This document shows positions 9,570 to 19,867 of a stretch of 61,958 nucleotides of DNA, one piece after another. The notes below the pieces were generated by a model. The model was not told the DNA's origin. It did no database searches and saw only the letters and a list, made by a program, of their open reading frames with translations. Made by a program: the position numbers and the translations under genes. Source of the stretch: a virus (lineage: Duplodnaviria > Caudoviricetes); IMG/VR virus record IMGVR_UViG_3300015050_000522, positions 1-61,958 of that record; one strand, given 5' to 3'. Within the stretch, counting starts at the first letter, position 1. Each line of letters opens with the position of its first letter.

Positions 9570-10597
9570 TGGCTAAAAATCCTGAATCCATGAAAATGGA
9601 CAAAATGCAAGACAAGGCAATGATTAAAAAAGCCTTCAAACAGCATGATGCTCAAGAGCATAAAGGCAGCAAAGGTACGTCTTTGAAGCTGGCTAAAGGC
9701 GGAAAAGCTCGTAGGTTTGCTGAAGGCGGTATGACGGATGCAGATCAAGAAGCCGCTGATAAAGCCGCTGGCCTTGCAGCATCAAACAAAGAACCGTCTG
9801 CTGGATTCCTTGCACGCTTGAGGGCTGGCAATATTGATGAACCCGGTTCTGAAGCTTATGAGAAATACGGTGCTGGTCGTGGCAAAGCACTGCGTATGGC
9901 TTCTGCTCCTGTAGCACCTTCAGCATCGGCAAAGATGGAAAAAGGTTCTGATGAGGTATCGCTGCCAACGATGGGTGAAGATGAGCGTCCAGCAGCAAAA
10001 GGTATGGGTGCTGCAACCGTGCCTGCTCCTGCTAGAGCATCTGCACCAGCTAGGCCTGTTGCAAAACCAACACCAGAAGCATCTACTCCTGCAACACCAT
10101 ACCCAGCAGCGCTTGCGCCAAAGTCGTCAGCAATTGATGAGCTTAAAGCGTATGAAGACGCTAAAAAAGTTGAAAAAGATGCTGCAAAAGCTGCTGCTGC
10201 AAAGAAAGCATTTACGCCTCCTTCCGCAGAAGCTATTGACAAAGGCATGGAAGCCGCAGCAAATATGCTTGGTGGCGGGGCTAGTCTGAAGGCCATTCAA
10301 GCATTAGCCAAAAAACTTGCTTCAAGCGGTGATAAGGCTGTTACGCTGTCAAAGATTCCACGAGCAACCATGAGGGGTTCAGATACACCTCGGCTTGGGA
10401 ATACTCCAACTCAGTCAACTGCCCCTTATCTCAAAGAAATTGGCAATAGCCCCAAGCAAATTGGCAATAGCCAGCCCCAAATTGGTATGAAAAAAGGTGG
10501 CATGGCTAAAGGCGGTTATACAAATCAGTCATCACCAGCATCTAAGCGCGGTGATGGTATCGCCACTAAAGGCAAAACTCGTGGAAAGATGGTGTAA
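9569..10597 (+). CDS. Low-complexity putative internal head protein
   Basis: TAATG coupling at 9569 (track starts at 9563); FAEGG and MKKGG; ends RGDGIATKGKTRGKMV. Confidence 0.75.
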   Translation: MAKNPESMKMDKMQDKAMIKKAFKQHDAQEHKGSKGTSLKLAKGGKARRFAEGGMTDADQEAADKAAGLAASNKEPSAGFLARLRAGNIDEPGSEAYEKYGAGRGKALRMASAPVAPSASAKMEKGSDEVSLPTMGEDERPAAKGMGAATVPAPARASAPARPVAKPTPEASTPATPYPAALAPKSSAIDELKAYEDAKKVEKDAAKAAAAKKAFTPPSAEAIDKGMEAAANMLGGGASLKAIQALAKKLASSGDKAVTLSKIPRATMRGSDTPRLGNTPTQSTAPYLKEIGNSPKQIGNSQPQIGMKKGGMAKGGYTNQSSPASKRGDGIATKGKTRGKMV

Positions 10598-10599
10598 AT

Positions 10600-10872
10600 A
10601 TGCCCAACGAAAACGCTCAAGCCATTAAAGACGCAGATATGCGTGCTGCTAAAGCTCGTAAAGACGCTCAAACTGGTGGCACTGATGCACCTATGCCTGA
10701 CGATATAAAGCAGGAAATTGCTGACCGTAAGGCTCGTGAAGCTGCTACTAATGCGCCAACCACCAAGACTCAAATGGGTAAACCGTTTAAGTCCGGCGGC
10801 TCAGTGTCTTCAGCATCAAAGCGTGCTGATGGCTGTGCCACTAAAGGTAAGACTCGCGGAATGATGGTGTAA
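10600..10872 (+). CDS. Small putative internal head protein
   Basis: FKSGG...RADGCATKGKTRGMMV, paralogous to the previous C-terminus. Confidence 0.75.
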   Translation: MPNENAQAIKDADMRAAKARKDAQTGGTDAPMPDDIKQEIADRKAREAATNAPTTKTQMGKPFKSGGSVSSASKRADGCATKGKTRGMMV

Positions 10873-10874
10873 CC

Positions 10875-11132
10875 ATGTTAGCAAGTCGAGGTATGGGTGC
10901 AATGCTCCCAAGCAAAATGCCAAAGGGTAAAAAGTTAGCTAGGCGCGATGACACTGACTTTACGCAATATGCTAAAGGTGGTGAAGTCTGGGATAAGGCA
11001 AGGCCAAAAGACCTTGGCAAACCAAAGAAGTTAAGTTCTGCAAAAAAAGCTAGTGCAAAAAAGATGGCTAAAGCAGCAGGACGACCTTATCCAAATTTAG
11101 TCGATAACTTACGTGCGGCTGCAAAGAAATGA
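10875..11132 (+). CDS. Basic hypothetical protein
   Basis: SRGMGA, YAKGG, AGRPYPNLVDN motifs. Confidence 0.75.
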   Translation: MLASRGMGAMLPSKMPKGKKLARRDDTDFTQYAKGGEVWDKARPKDLGKPKKLSSAKKASAKKMAKAAGRPYPNLVDNLRAAAKK

Positions 11133-11578
11133 AAAAGTGCCCAGTTTGCTCAACTGAAAAAGAGGAAAATCAGTATTGGAAAGGCCAATATTTGTGTATT
11201 TCTTGCCAAAAAGAAAAGCAAAAAAATCACTGGGTTAGCCGTACTCCAAAGAAAAGACTTGAGCAGCACTTGAAGTATAAGTATGGTGTGTCTCATGCTG
11301 AATTTATGGAAAAATGGGAAAACCAAAAAGGATGTTGCTCAATTTGTGATGACAATCTTCCTGACTTAATGACTTATGAAAATAGAAAACGTGGTTATGC
11401 TATTGACCATAACCATGAGACTGGGAAGTTTCGAGGCATTCTTTGCTTGAACTGCAACTCTTTGCTGGGCATGGCTAAAGATTCTTCTGGGATTTTAAAA
11501 AAGGCCATCCAATATCTTGAAGAGCAAGGTTCGTATGGCGTTTATTTAGTTGATAACATGAGAGCTGCACAAAAATGA
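11129..11578 (+). CDS. Endonuclease VII-family (His-Me finger) free-standing endonuclease
   Basis: KYKYGV...QKGCCSIC...IDHNHETGKFRGILCLNCNSLLG. Confidence 0.9.
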   Translation: MKKCPVCSTEKEENQYWKGQYLCISCQKEKQKNHWVSRTPKKRLEQHLKYKYGVSHAEFMEKWENQKGCCSICDDNLPDLMTYENRKRGYAIDHNHETGKFRGILCLNCNSLLGMAKDSSGILKKAIQYLEEQGSYGVYLVDNMRAAQK

Positions 11579-12501
11579 CCACGACTGGTTCCTCGCTATT
11601 TAATTTAGAGTTCACTGAAATAGCAGAGGAAGCATGGGAGCGTGCGGGTCGTGAGATGCGCTCTGGTTATGACTTGCGTACTGCTCGTCGATCAATGAAT
11701 TTGATGACGATTGAATGGCAGAATCGCGGCATTAATATGTGGACAATGGATCAAGGCGTTATTACATTGACCCCCGGCCTGAGTACATATGCGCTACCTA
11801 CTGACACGATTGATTTACTTGAACACGTAGTACGCACAGGCCAAAACGTAGCATCAACGCAGGCTGACTTAACCATTTCTCGTATTAGTGTTTCCACCTA
11901 TGCGACCATTCCAAACAAACTGCAACAGGCTCGTCCTATTCAGGTTTGGATTCAGCGCATGTCTGGAGAAACAAACCCAACAACATCTACGCTTGTTGGC
12001 GCAATTAACTCCACTGCAACGACTATTACTCTAAGTTCAGTAACTGGTTTAGCAGGATCTGGTTTTATCAAACTTGACTCGGAGGTAATTTATTATGGAT
12101 ACCTTTCTGGGAATGTGTTGGGGGGAGTTTTCAGAGGGCAAAACAACACCACAGCCACAAGTCACATTAACGCAACGGCGGTCTATGTGCCACAACTGCC
12201 AGCCATCACAGTCTGGCCCACACCAGATAACAGTACAACCTACCAATTCGTGTATTGGAGACTCCGCAGAGTGCAAGATGCAGGAGCTGGTGTGGAAACG
12301 GCTGATATGAATTTCCGCTTCCTGCCCTGCGTAGTGGCGGGATTGGCGTATTACATTGCCGTAAAAGTGCCAGAACTGATGTCGCGCATTGATATGCTCA
12401 AGGCAATGTATGACGAGCAGTTTAATTTGGCGGCTGGCGAAGATCGTGAAAAAGCAGCAGTGAGATTCGTCCCACGCCAAATGTACATTGGTAGCTCATA
12501 A
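11575..12501 (+). CDS. Putative head-tail adaptor with an inserted small beta domain
   Basis: EEAWERAG...ARRSMNL...WQNRG; VWPTPD; insert TITLSSVTGL...RGQNNTTA. Confidence 0.65.
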   Translation: MTTTGSSLFNLEFTEIAEEAWERAGREMRSGYDLRTARRSMNLMTIEWQNRGINMWTMDQGVITLTPGLSTYALPTDTIDLLEHVVRTGQNVASTQADLTISRISVSTYATIPNKLQQARPIQVWIQRMSGETNPTTSTLVGAINSTATTITLSSVTGLAGSGFIKLDSEVIYYGYLSGNVLGGVFRGQNNTTATSHINATAVYVPQLPAITVWPTPDNSTTYQFVYWRLRRVQDAGAGVETADMNFRFLPCVVAGLAYYIAVKVPELMSRIDMLKAMYDEQFNLAAGEDREKAAVRFVPRQMYIGSS

Positions 12502-12890
12502 TGGGTAATCGGTTTGCATCTGGTAAAAGGGCGATTGCAGAATGTGATCGATGCGGAGGCCAATTTAAACTTAAAAAGCTTAAAACAGAAATTATTAAGC
12601 AGCGCAAGTATGAATTGTTGGTTTGCCCTGAATGCTGGGATCCAGACCAACCGCAGTTAATGCTAGGCACGTTTCCAGTTGACGACCCGCAGGCTTTAAG
12701 AAATCCACGCAGGGATACCACCTACTACACTTCAGGTGTAACGGTTACCGGATCGCTTAGTGGTGGTTCTAGGCAGTTTCAGTGGGCATGGAATCCAGTA
12801 GGCGGGGCTAGTGATTTTGATGCTGCTTTAACGCCAAACTATTTGACATCAATTAGTTCTATTGGCACAGTTACAGTTTTAACAACGTAA
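12501..12890 (+). CDS. Zn-finger structural-module protein
   Basis: CDRCG...VCPECWDPDQPQ. Confidence 0.75.
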   Translation: MGNRFASGKRAIAECDRCGGQFKLKKLKTEIIKQRKYELLVCPECWDPDQPQLMLGTFPVDDPQALRNPRRDTTYYTSGVTVTGSLSGGSRQFQWAWNPVGGASDFDAALTPNYLTSISSIGTVTVLTT

Positions 12891-12900
12891 GGAAATAATC

Positions 12901-13089
12901 ATGGCTTTTACAAAATCAGCAGACGGCATTGCCAAAAAAGGCAGAACAGATGTTCATAACTTTGGTGATAATGGCTCTACCGATAAAAAAATGGATGGCG
13001 GCAAGGGCAAAGGCAAAGGCAAAACCAATGCCGATATGAAGAAAATGGGTCGTAATTTGTCTAAAATTGCAGCACAGAATAGAGGTTAA
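12901..13089 (+). CDS. Small basic protein
   Basis: AAGGA RBS; ADGIAKKGRT; MKKMGRNLSK. Confidence 0.7.
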   Translation: MAFTKSADGIAKKGRTDVHNFGDNGSTDKKMDGGKGKGKGKTNADMKKMGRNLSKIAAQNRG

Positions 13090-13091
13090 TC

Positions 13092-13358
13092 ATGGCTACA
13101 TATAGCAAAAAAGTAATGGGTAAAGAGGTTGGTAGCGCCAATGTCTATGCCGTGCCACACACAATGACTGGCAAAGCAGCTCCTATGGAAGTCAATCCCG
13201 GAAAACTTCCAAACCGTAGCAAACTTGAAACCTATGATGTTAGCTTGGGCGCTATCAGCAAGTCGGCTGGCAATGAGCCTACTAAAACCAGCGGCATTAA
13301 AGTTCGTGGTACGGGTGCTGCAACCAAAGGCTTGATGGCTCGTGGGCCAATGGCATAA
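13092..13358 (+). CDS. Small basic protein
   Basis: GAGG RBS; RGTGAATKG motif. Confidence 0.7.
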   Translation: MATYSKKVMGKEVGSANVYAVPHTMTGKAAPMEVNPGKLPNRSKLETYDVSLGAISKSAGNEPTKTSGIKVRGTGAATKGLMARGPMA

Positions 13359-13361
13359 GCT

Positions 13362-14012
13362 ATGAATTACTCAGAGTTAAAAGTCAACATTTCAAACATC
13401 TGTGAGAACAATTTCACGGATGATGAATATGCTTTGTTTACGAGGCAGGCAGAACAGCGTATATACAACACTGTTCAAATTGCCAATTTGCGTAAAAATG
13501 TGACTGGCACTTTAACTCTCGGCAATAAATATCTTTCTGCTCCAGATGATTTTTTGTCAACATACTCTATTGCCATAGTATTGCCATCAGGCGAATACAA
13601 GTTCTTACTGAACAAAGATGTTAACTTTATACGTGAAGCCTATCCCACTCCTTCTAGCACTGGTTCACCAAAACACTATGCTTTGTTTGGCCCTCAGTCT
13701 TCCAACGTAAACGAATTAAGCATCATAGTCGGGCCTACGCCTGACGTTTCATATTCAGTTGAATTGCATTATTACTACTATCCTGAATCCATAGTTACCG
13801 CTGGAACAACTTGGCTTGGCGACAACTTTGATTCGGCATTGTTAAATGCAGCGCTGGTTGAAGCCATTCGCTATATGAAGGGCGAGGCTGATATGGTTAA
13901 GTTGTACCAAGATATGTACATACAATCAATTGCGCTTCTCAAGAACTTGGGTGATGGCAAACAAAGGGCAGATGCTTATCGTGATGGTCAAGTTCGCTTG
14001 CAGGTATCTTAA
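13362..14012 (+). CDS. Putative tail tubular/adaptor protein
   Basis: MNYSELK...QAEQRIYN; GSPKHYA; GPTPD; ALLNAALVEA. Confidence 0.7.
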   Translation: MNYSELKVNISNICENNFTDDEYALFTRQAEQRIYNTVQIANLRKNVTGTLTLGNKYLSAPDDFLSTYSIAIVLPSGEYKFLLNKDVNFIREAYPTPSSTGSPKHYALFGPQSSNVNELSIIVGPTPDVSYSVELHYYYYPESIVTAGTTWLGDNFDSALLNAALVEAIRYMKGEADMVKLYQDMYIQSIALLKNLGDGKQRADAYRDGQVRLQVS

Positions 14013-14431
14013 TGTCTATCCAGCAAACACTTACCACCAGCTTTAAGCAACAGATTTTGCAAGCCCAGCAAAATCTTTCTACGGACACGTTAAAGTTGGC
14101 TTTGTATACGGCAGCAGTTACGCTTGGCCCCAATACAACAATCTACGATACTAACAATGAAGTTGTTGGCACAGGCTACGCAGCAGGCGGAAACGTTTTA
14201 ACGGGCGTGACAATCAGTACATCAGAAAGTGGTGTGGTCTATATAAATTTTGCAGATTCTGTATGGAATCCAGCATCATTTACCTCTAGATGTGCTTTGA
14301 TTTACAACGCAAGCCAAGCCAATAAATCTATTGCTGTATTAGATTTTGGGGCTGATAAAACCTGCCAAGCTTCATTTACAGTGCAGATGCCACCAAATAC
14401 CGCCAATGCTGCGCTAATACGCTTTAATTAA
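14012..14431 (+). CDS. Tail/structural protein (paralog 1)
   Basis: SFKQQIL...KLALYT...GYAAGG...ALIYN...AVLDFGADKT. Confidence 0.75.
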   Translation: MSIQQTLTTSFKQQILQAQQNLSTDTLKLALYTAAVTLGPNTTIYDTNNEVVGTGYAAGGNVLTGVTISTSESGVVYINFADSVWNPASFTSRCALIYNASQANKSIAVLDFGADKTCQASFTVQMPPNTANAALIRFN

Positions 14432-14440
14432 GGAAATATC

Positions 14441-14896
14441 ATGGCAATCACGCAAGCAATGTGCAGTTCGTTCAAGCAGCAGCTTCTTAAAGGGGAGCAT
14501 GACTTTGATGTGGACACGTTTAAAATTGCACTATATACATCATTGGCTACGCTGAGTGACGCAACAACCGCCTACACAGCACCAGCAAATCCTGCGGCTA
14601 ACCCGACTAGCACAAACGAAGTTACTGAAACTGGCACTAATTACACTGCTGGCGGTAACACTTTAACCGGGGTGACGGTTAGCTTGACTGGGACAACTGC
14701 GTTCGTAGATTTTTCAGACACCACATGGACATTAGCCACTATCACGGCTCGTGGTGCTTTAATTTACAACAGTTCACAATCAAATAAAGCAGTAGCAGTT
14801 TTAGATTTTGGTTCGGACAAAACAAGCACCTCTGGCAGTTTTACAATCCAGATGCCTGCAAACGACGCGACCAATGCAATAATTCGCATCGCTTAA
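14441..14896 (+). CDS. Tail/structural protein (paralog 2)
   Basis: Same motifs as 14012-14431. Confidence 0.78.
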   Translation: MAITQAMCSSFKQQLLKGEHDFDVDTFKIALYTSLATLSDATTAYTAPANPAANPTSTNEVTETGTNYTAGGNTLTGVTVSLTGTTAFVDFSDTTWTLATITARGALIYNSSQSNKAVAVLDFGSDKTSTSGSFTIQMPANDATNAIIRIA

Positions 14897-14906
14897 TGGT
14901 ACACAG

Positions 14907-15413
14907 GTGGCAAATGCAATAGTAGCCTTTGAAGGATGGAACGCTTCCGGTGTAGGCTGGGGCGATCAAGGCTGGGGTGTTGGTCACGCAAATGTTACCG
15001 GGACAACCCAGCTTGGTACGGTATTTGTCCAAGGAGTAACAACTGCATTTGCCATAGGGGTACAAACTACCGGAAGTATTGGCGATGTAGATGTTATCGG
15101 TGATGCCAACATAGCAGTTTCTGGAAATCAAGGAACAACAGCGCTTGGCACTGTAACAGTCGAACTTATAACTACTGTATTGGTTACTGGCGTTAATGCT
15201 ATTGGGTATCTTGGTTTTGTAACAGTTCGAGGAAATGCAACAGTTTTTGTTACCGGAGTTCAAGCCACCGGATATATTGGGCAGGTAAATGTTTGGGGTT
15301 TAATAGATGACAATCAGACCGCAAACTGGCAAAATATCAATGGCACACAAACACCAACTTGGGTGGCTGTGAATGACGCGCAATCAGCAAATTGGCAGCA
15401 GCTTGCTGCGTAA
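14907..15413 (+). CDS. Structural protein with VTGV-type repeats
   Basis: GTG start; GWG motifs and repeated V.GV.ATG.IG.V. Confidence 0.7.
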   Translation: MANAIVAFEGWNASGVGWGDQGWGVGHANVTGTTQLGTVFVQGVTTAFAIGVQTTGSIGDVDVIGDANIAVSGNQGTTALGTVTVELITTVLVTGVNAIGYLGFVTVRGNATVFVTGVQATGYIGQVNVWGLIDDNQTANWQNINGTQTPTWVAVNDAQSANWQQLAA

Positions 15414-15422
15414 GGAAAGAGA

Positions 15423-16154
15423 ATGACAACAGCATATACATCCCTTCTTGGCTTGGCTCTTCCTGTTACCGGAGAGCTTTCGGGTTCTTGGGGAAATACC
15501 GTTAATGATGAAATCACATCATTGACTGATGCAGCGATTGCTGGCTCTACCAGCCTAAGCACAGATGCCGATGTCACCTTGACTACTACGCAAGGTGCAG
15601 CCAACCAATCCCGTCAGGCTATCCTATTGTGTAGCGGAGCAAGAACTGCAATCCGCACAATTACAGCCCCAGCACGCAGTAAGGTGTATGTGGTAATCAA
15701 TGCCACCACGGGCGGATACCCAGTTATTGTGAATGCTGTTGGCCCTACAACGGGCGTAAGCATTCCTGCTGGCGTTCGAGCACTGATTGCTTGGAACGGC
15801 ACAGATTTTGTTATTTTGTCTTTGTCCTCGCCTCGCGTGACGGTTATTACAGACGCAACATCTATTACGGTTAATGCAGATACCACGGATATTGCCACGC
15901 AAGCAAACACGCAGGCAGCGGGTTCGTTAACAGTCAATGCCCCTACGGGAACGCCAATTAACGGTCAAAAATTTATCTTGCGCCTCAACAGCACCAACAT
16001 TCAGACCTTTTCGTTTAATGCGGTATTCCAAGGTTCTACAGACATTGGCTTGCCTACCGCATCAAGCGGCGGTGGTTTGTATGACTACATTGGTTTCATC
16101 TACAACAGCACTTCAGCAAAATGGCAAATGATTGCCAAAGTCTTTGGTTTTTAA
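15423..16154 (+). CDS. Tail fibre-associated protein
   Basis: GELSGSWGNTVN head motif; fibre-type C-terminus. Confidence 0.7.
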   Translation: MTTAYTSLLGLALPVTGELSGSWGNTVNDEITSLTDAAIAGSTSLSTDADVTLTTTQGAANQSRQAILLCSGARTAIRTITAPARSKVYVVINATTGGYPVIVNAVGPTTGVSIPAGVRALIAWNGTDFVILSLSSPRVTVITDATSITVNADTTDIATQANTQAAGSLTVNAPTGTPINGQKFILRLNSTNIQTFSFNAVFQGSTDIGLPTASSGGGLYDYIGFIYNSTSAKWQMIAKVFGF

Positions 16155-16163
16155 GGAACTGAC

Positions 16164-16334
16164 ATGATTAAAATTGACTTTGAAATCAATGGCTTTCGTG
16201 ATGCCTTGTATTTGGCAGACAATCATGGCCTGACGGATGCTGAAATTGAGGCTATGAAACAAGCCCGTTACGACAAATGGGATGCCTTCATAAAAAACCC
16301 CCTCGTGGTCACTGATGCACCTACTGAGGAATAA
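16164..16334 (+). CDS. Small hypothetical protein (56 aa, not in the ORF track)
   Basis: AAGGA RBS; MIKIDFEINGFRDAL...; fills the gap between neighbours. Confidence 0.7.
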   Translation: MIKIDFEINGFRDALYLADNHGLTDAEIEAMKQARYDKWDAFIKNPLVVTDAPTEE

Positions 16335-16336
16335 GC

Positions 16337-19300
16337 ATGGCAGCAAGATTTTGGGTAACAGGCGGTACGGGTAACTGGAACAGTACAACCAACTGGTCGG
16401 CAACTTCTGGTGGCGCTTCTGGCGCGTCTGTTCCCGGCTCTGCTGATACTGCTGCGTTAAACGCATCTTCTGGCTCAGGCACAATCACACTTGATATTAG
16501 CCCAACGATTCAAACCCTAACCTGCACAGGTTTTACGGGTACGCTGGCATTTGGCACAAACACAATTTCGCTGAACAGCACAGGCACAATTTTTACTGGC
16601 GTTACGACCATGACGGTCACTGGTACGCCATTGATTATTTGCACCAACTCAAGTGCAACAGCGAGAACAATTACGCCTACGGCAGTCACTGAGGCCAACA
16701 GCATTTCATTTAGGATTACTGCGGGTACAGGCACGTTAACTTTAACTAATGGAGGTTACCGTGATGTAGATTTGACAGATGGCGTAAATCCAACAGGATA
16801 CGCTGGAGCAGCCACTATTGGCATTACTATTTATGGAAATTTAAAAGCATCAACAGGGATGACAACGGCTGCTGGTACGGTTGCTTTGACTTTTGCTGCT
16901 ACATCTGGAACAAAGACAATTAACACTGCGGGTGTAACGTTTGATCGCCCATTCATTTTCAACGGTGTAGGTGGCACTTTTCAGCTTGCTTCCGCGCTGA
17001 CTTCTGGGGCTACCCGTACAGCCACACTGACCAACGGCACATTGGATTTAGCAAGCTACACGCTGACTACGGGATTGTTTAGTTCAACCAATACCAACAC
17101 TCGCACATTGGCTTTTGGCACGGGCAAGATAGTTGTAACCGGGACAAATGCAACCATTTATACGACAGCTACAGCAACCGGACTTACAGTTACAGGTTCA
17201 AAAACAGTTGAATTTACTGGTAGTGGTTTAGCAGGTGAGCAAAGAACTATTAACAGCGGCTCAACAGGCGCAGGCGGCACTGCGGCCAATGCCCCTAATA
17301 TTTATATTAAAGCTGGCGTTGACACTATTAGTCTTGGTACTATTGCCCGAGTATTTGGAACAGTGGACTTTACTGGTTTTTCTGGATCCACTGTCACAAA
17401 CACAACGCCAATTATTTACGGAAATTTGGTGCTGTCTACTGGAATGACGGTTACAGCCGGAACAGGCGCTTGGACTTTTGGTGCAACCACTTCGCAAACC
17501 ATTACATCAAATGGCAGAACACTTGATGTTCCAGTAATATTAAACGGAGTTGGCGGCACATGGGATTTACAAGATGCTTTAACGATTGGTTCAACCCGTA
17601 CATTAAGTTTGACCAATGGCACATTAACAACTAATGGTTACGCAGTTACTACTGGACTTTTTGCATCAAGCAACACTAATGCCCGAACGCTAAACCTTGG
17701 CGCAAGCACGTTTACCGTTACAAGCACAGGCACTCCTTGGGACATTACAACGTCAACCAACATGACGTTGAATTCTGGAACATCAACAGTTACAACGTCT
17801 GGAAATACTGCACAACTTACATTTAGCGGCGGTGGTTTAACTTATTACAATGTAACTTTTGGGGCAACGTACTACAACACCACTCTTAGTGGGATAAACA
17901 CATTTAACAACTTAACTCTAGCGTCACCTGCTAGTGTTGGTCATCGCTCACTTGTTTTTAGTGCTAATCAAACTATTAATGGAACATTAACAGTAGCAGG
18001 TTCTGCTGCAAATTCACGACCAGAACTTGTTGGTGCGTTCACAGGAACCACGCTTACCGCCGCATCGGTATCGCTTTTAAATGCTGACTTCTGCGCCATT
18101 ATTGCTGCTGGAGCTTCATCCCCTTGGTCTGGCACTCGGCTTGGTAATGGAGGAAACAATACCAACATTACATTTGCAACGCCAAAAACGGTTTATTGGA
18201 ATCAGCCAGCAGGCGGAAATTGGGCAGATACTGCATGGGCAACTTCTTCGGGTGGAGCAGTAAATATAAATAACTTTCCGTTAGGCCAAGACACAGCAAT
18301 TCTTGACAATACTGGAGTTAGCGCATCATCTAACATTACGATTAATTATGATTTTTTGCTTCCTTCGCTTAGTGCTGGCTCATTAACAAATTTACTTACT
18401 CTTCAGTGGAGTTTGTTTGCGGGTTCTGCCATATTTTATGGAAATATTACGCTGTCAAGTTCAATGACTTTGGCACTTGTAAATGGAGCTACGGGATTTT
18501 CTCCACTTAGTAACGGATCAATTACTTCTGCTGGCGTTGCATTCCCAATGTCATTTACGTTTAGCTCTTCTGGTAATGTAATGACGCTAAATGACGCATT
18601 TACCAGCACGGCAAATACAGTTACTTTAGAAAGCGGAACAATTAACCTAAACGGTAAAACGTTAAGCTGCGTAGTGTTTGATGGAACTACTACAGACCTT
18701 GCAGTTCGCTCCATTGCCTTTAATAGCGGCCAAATAAACGTCACTGGTTTTAACTCTACCGTGTGGGCTTGGGAAAACCTGACCAACTTTAGTTATACGG
18801 GAACACCAACGGTAAATTTTACATACAGCGGTAGCACTGGGACTCGGACAATTATTAATGGAACAACTGCTGGTGGTACTGAGACAAATGCAGTTGATTT
18901 CAATGTCGTTGCTGGCAGTGATAGTTTTGGAATTAATAATGGATCAGTTGTACGTGACTTTACAGTTCAGCCAGCATTTACAGGGCAAACTGGATTTTTT
19001 GTTAATGGCTTTATTTACGGCAATTTGTTGTTGTCTCCAAGCCAAACAATATCATCAAGCACAGGAACGACCACATTTGCCGCTACCTCTGGAACAAAGA
19101 CTATCACTACAAATGGGATAACGATTGATAGATCTATAACATTTAATGGCATTGGCGGAACTTGGTCTTTGCAAGATGCGTTGACCACTGGCTCTACGAA
19201 ACTCATGTCTCATTACGCAGGCACAATAACGACAAATGGGTATGCCGTTATTGTGGGTAAATTTGGAAGCGCTGGAACTGTAGCAACTGGAAACAGAACT

Positions 19301-19858
19301 TTAAATCTTGGAGCCAGTTCGTTTACATGTTTAGGTGGATCAGTAACTTCTGACCAAGCTTGGCAGATTGAAGACGGATCGTTTTCTTATACCGTAAATG
19401 CCGGAACTTCAACTATTTATCTGTCTGAACCATTCACTGGCACATCAACGCAAAACTTTGGTGGCGGCGGCAAGACGTATTACAACGTGGTGTATACCAC
19501 TACCCAGCCGGGTGGATTTTATTTCAGCAATACTTTTAATAGCATTAGCAGTACTGCCCAGCCGCTTACTTTAACTTTTGAGGCTGGCACAACGCAGACG
19601 GTTAATAATTTTAACGTGTCCGGCACTTCTGGAAACCTTGTGACCATGATGAGTTCTATTCCCGGTACTCAATGGAGTCTTGCTAAAGCAACTGGTGGTA
19701 AGGTTTTGGTAAGTTACGATTCAATTACAGACTCTGCTGTTACACCTGCTGGGTATTGGTTTGCTCCAACATCCCAAGGCAACGTAAATGGCGGTAATAA
19801 CACTGGCTGGAACTTTGGCACAACTGGCGGTGCTGGCGGCTTCCTACCCTTCTTTTAA
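16337..19858 (+). CDS. Tail spike/fibre, beta-solenoid adhesin-like
   Basis: 1173 aa, T/G/N-rich; internal repeats (FAATSGTKTI...FNG.GGT x3; GNW...W...SGG x2). Confidence 0.75.
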   Translation: MAARFWVTGGTGNWNSTTNWSATSGGASGASVPGSADTAALNASSGSGTITLDISPTIQTLTCTGFTGTLAFGTNTISLNSTGTIFTGVTTMTVTGTPLIICTNSSATARTITPTAVTEANSISFRITAGTGTLTLTNGGYRDVDLTDGVNPTGYAGAATIGITIYGNLKASTGMTTAAGTVALTFAATSGTKTINTAGVTFDRPFIFNGVGGTFQLASALTSGATRTATLTNGTLDLASYTLTTGLFSSTNTNTRTLAFGTGKIVVTGTNATIYTTATATGLTVTGSKTVEFTGSGLAGEQRTINSGSTGAGGTAANAPNIYIKAGVDTISLGTIARVFGTVDFTGFSGSTVTNTTPIIYGNLVLSTGMTVTAGTGAWTFGATTSQTITSNGRTLDVPVILNGVGGTWDLQDALTIGSTRTLSLTNGTLTTNGYAVTTGLFASSNTNARTLNLGASTFTVTSTGTPWDITTSTNMTLNSGTSTVTTSGNTAQLTFSGGGLTYYNVTFGATYYNTTLSGINTFNNLTLASPASVGHRSLVFSANQTINGTLTVAGSAANSRPELVGAFTGTTLTAASVSLLNADFCAIIAAGASSPWSGTRLGNGGNNTNITFATPKTVYWNQPAGGNWADTAWATSSGGAVNINNFPLGQDTAILDNTGVSASSNITINYDFLLPSLSAGSLTNLLTLQWSLFAGSAIFYGNITLSSSMTLALVNGATGFSPLSNGSITSAGVAFPMSFTFSSSGNVMTLNDAFTSTANTVTLESGTINLNGKTLSCVVFDGTTTDLAVRSIAFNSGQINVTGFNSTVWAWENLTNFSYTGTPTVNFTYSGSTGTRTIINGTTAGGTETNAVDFNVVAGSDSFGINNGSVVRDFTVQPAFTGQTGFFVNGFIYGNLLLSPSQTISSSTGTTTFAATSGTKTITTNGITIDRSITFNGIGGTWSLQDALTTGSTKLMSHYAGTITTNGYAVIVGKFGSAGTVATGNRTLNLGASSFTCLGGSVTSDQAWQIEDGSFSYTVNAGTSTIYLSEPFTGTSTQNFGGGGKTYYNVVYTTTQPGGFYFSNTFNSISSTAQPLTLTFEAGTTQTVNNFNVSGTSGNLVTMMSSIPGTQWSLAKATGGKVLVSYDSITDSAVTPAGYWFAPTSQGNVNGGNNTGWNFGTTGGAGGFLPFF

Positions 19859-19867
19859 GAAACCACA

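Noticed and set aside
16337-19858. Fibre internal repeats as a DGR template/variable pair
   Set aside because: No reverse transcriptase is encoded and the differences are not adenine-specific.
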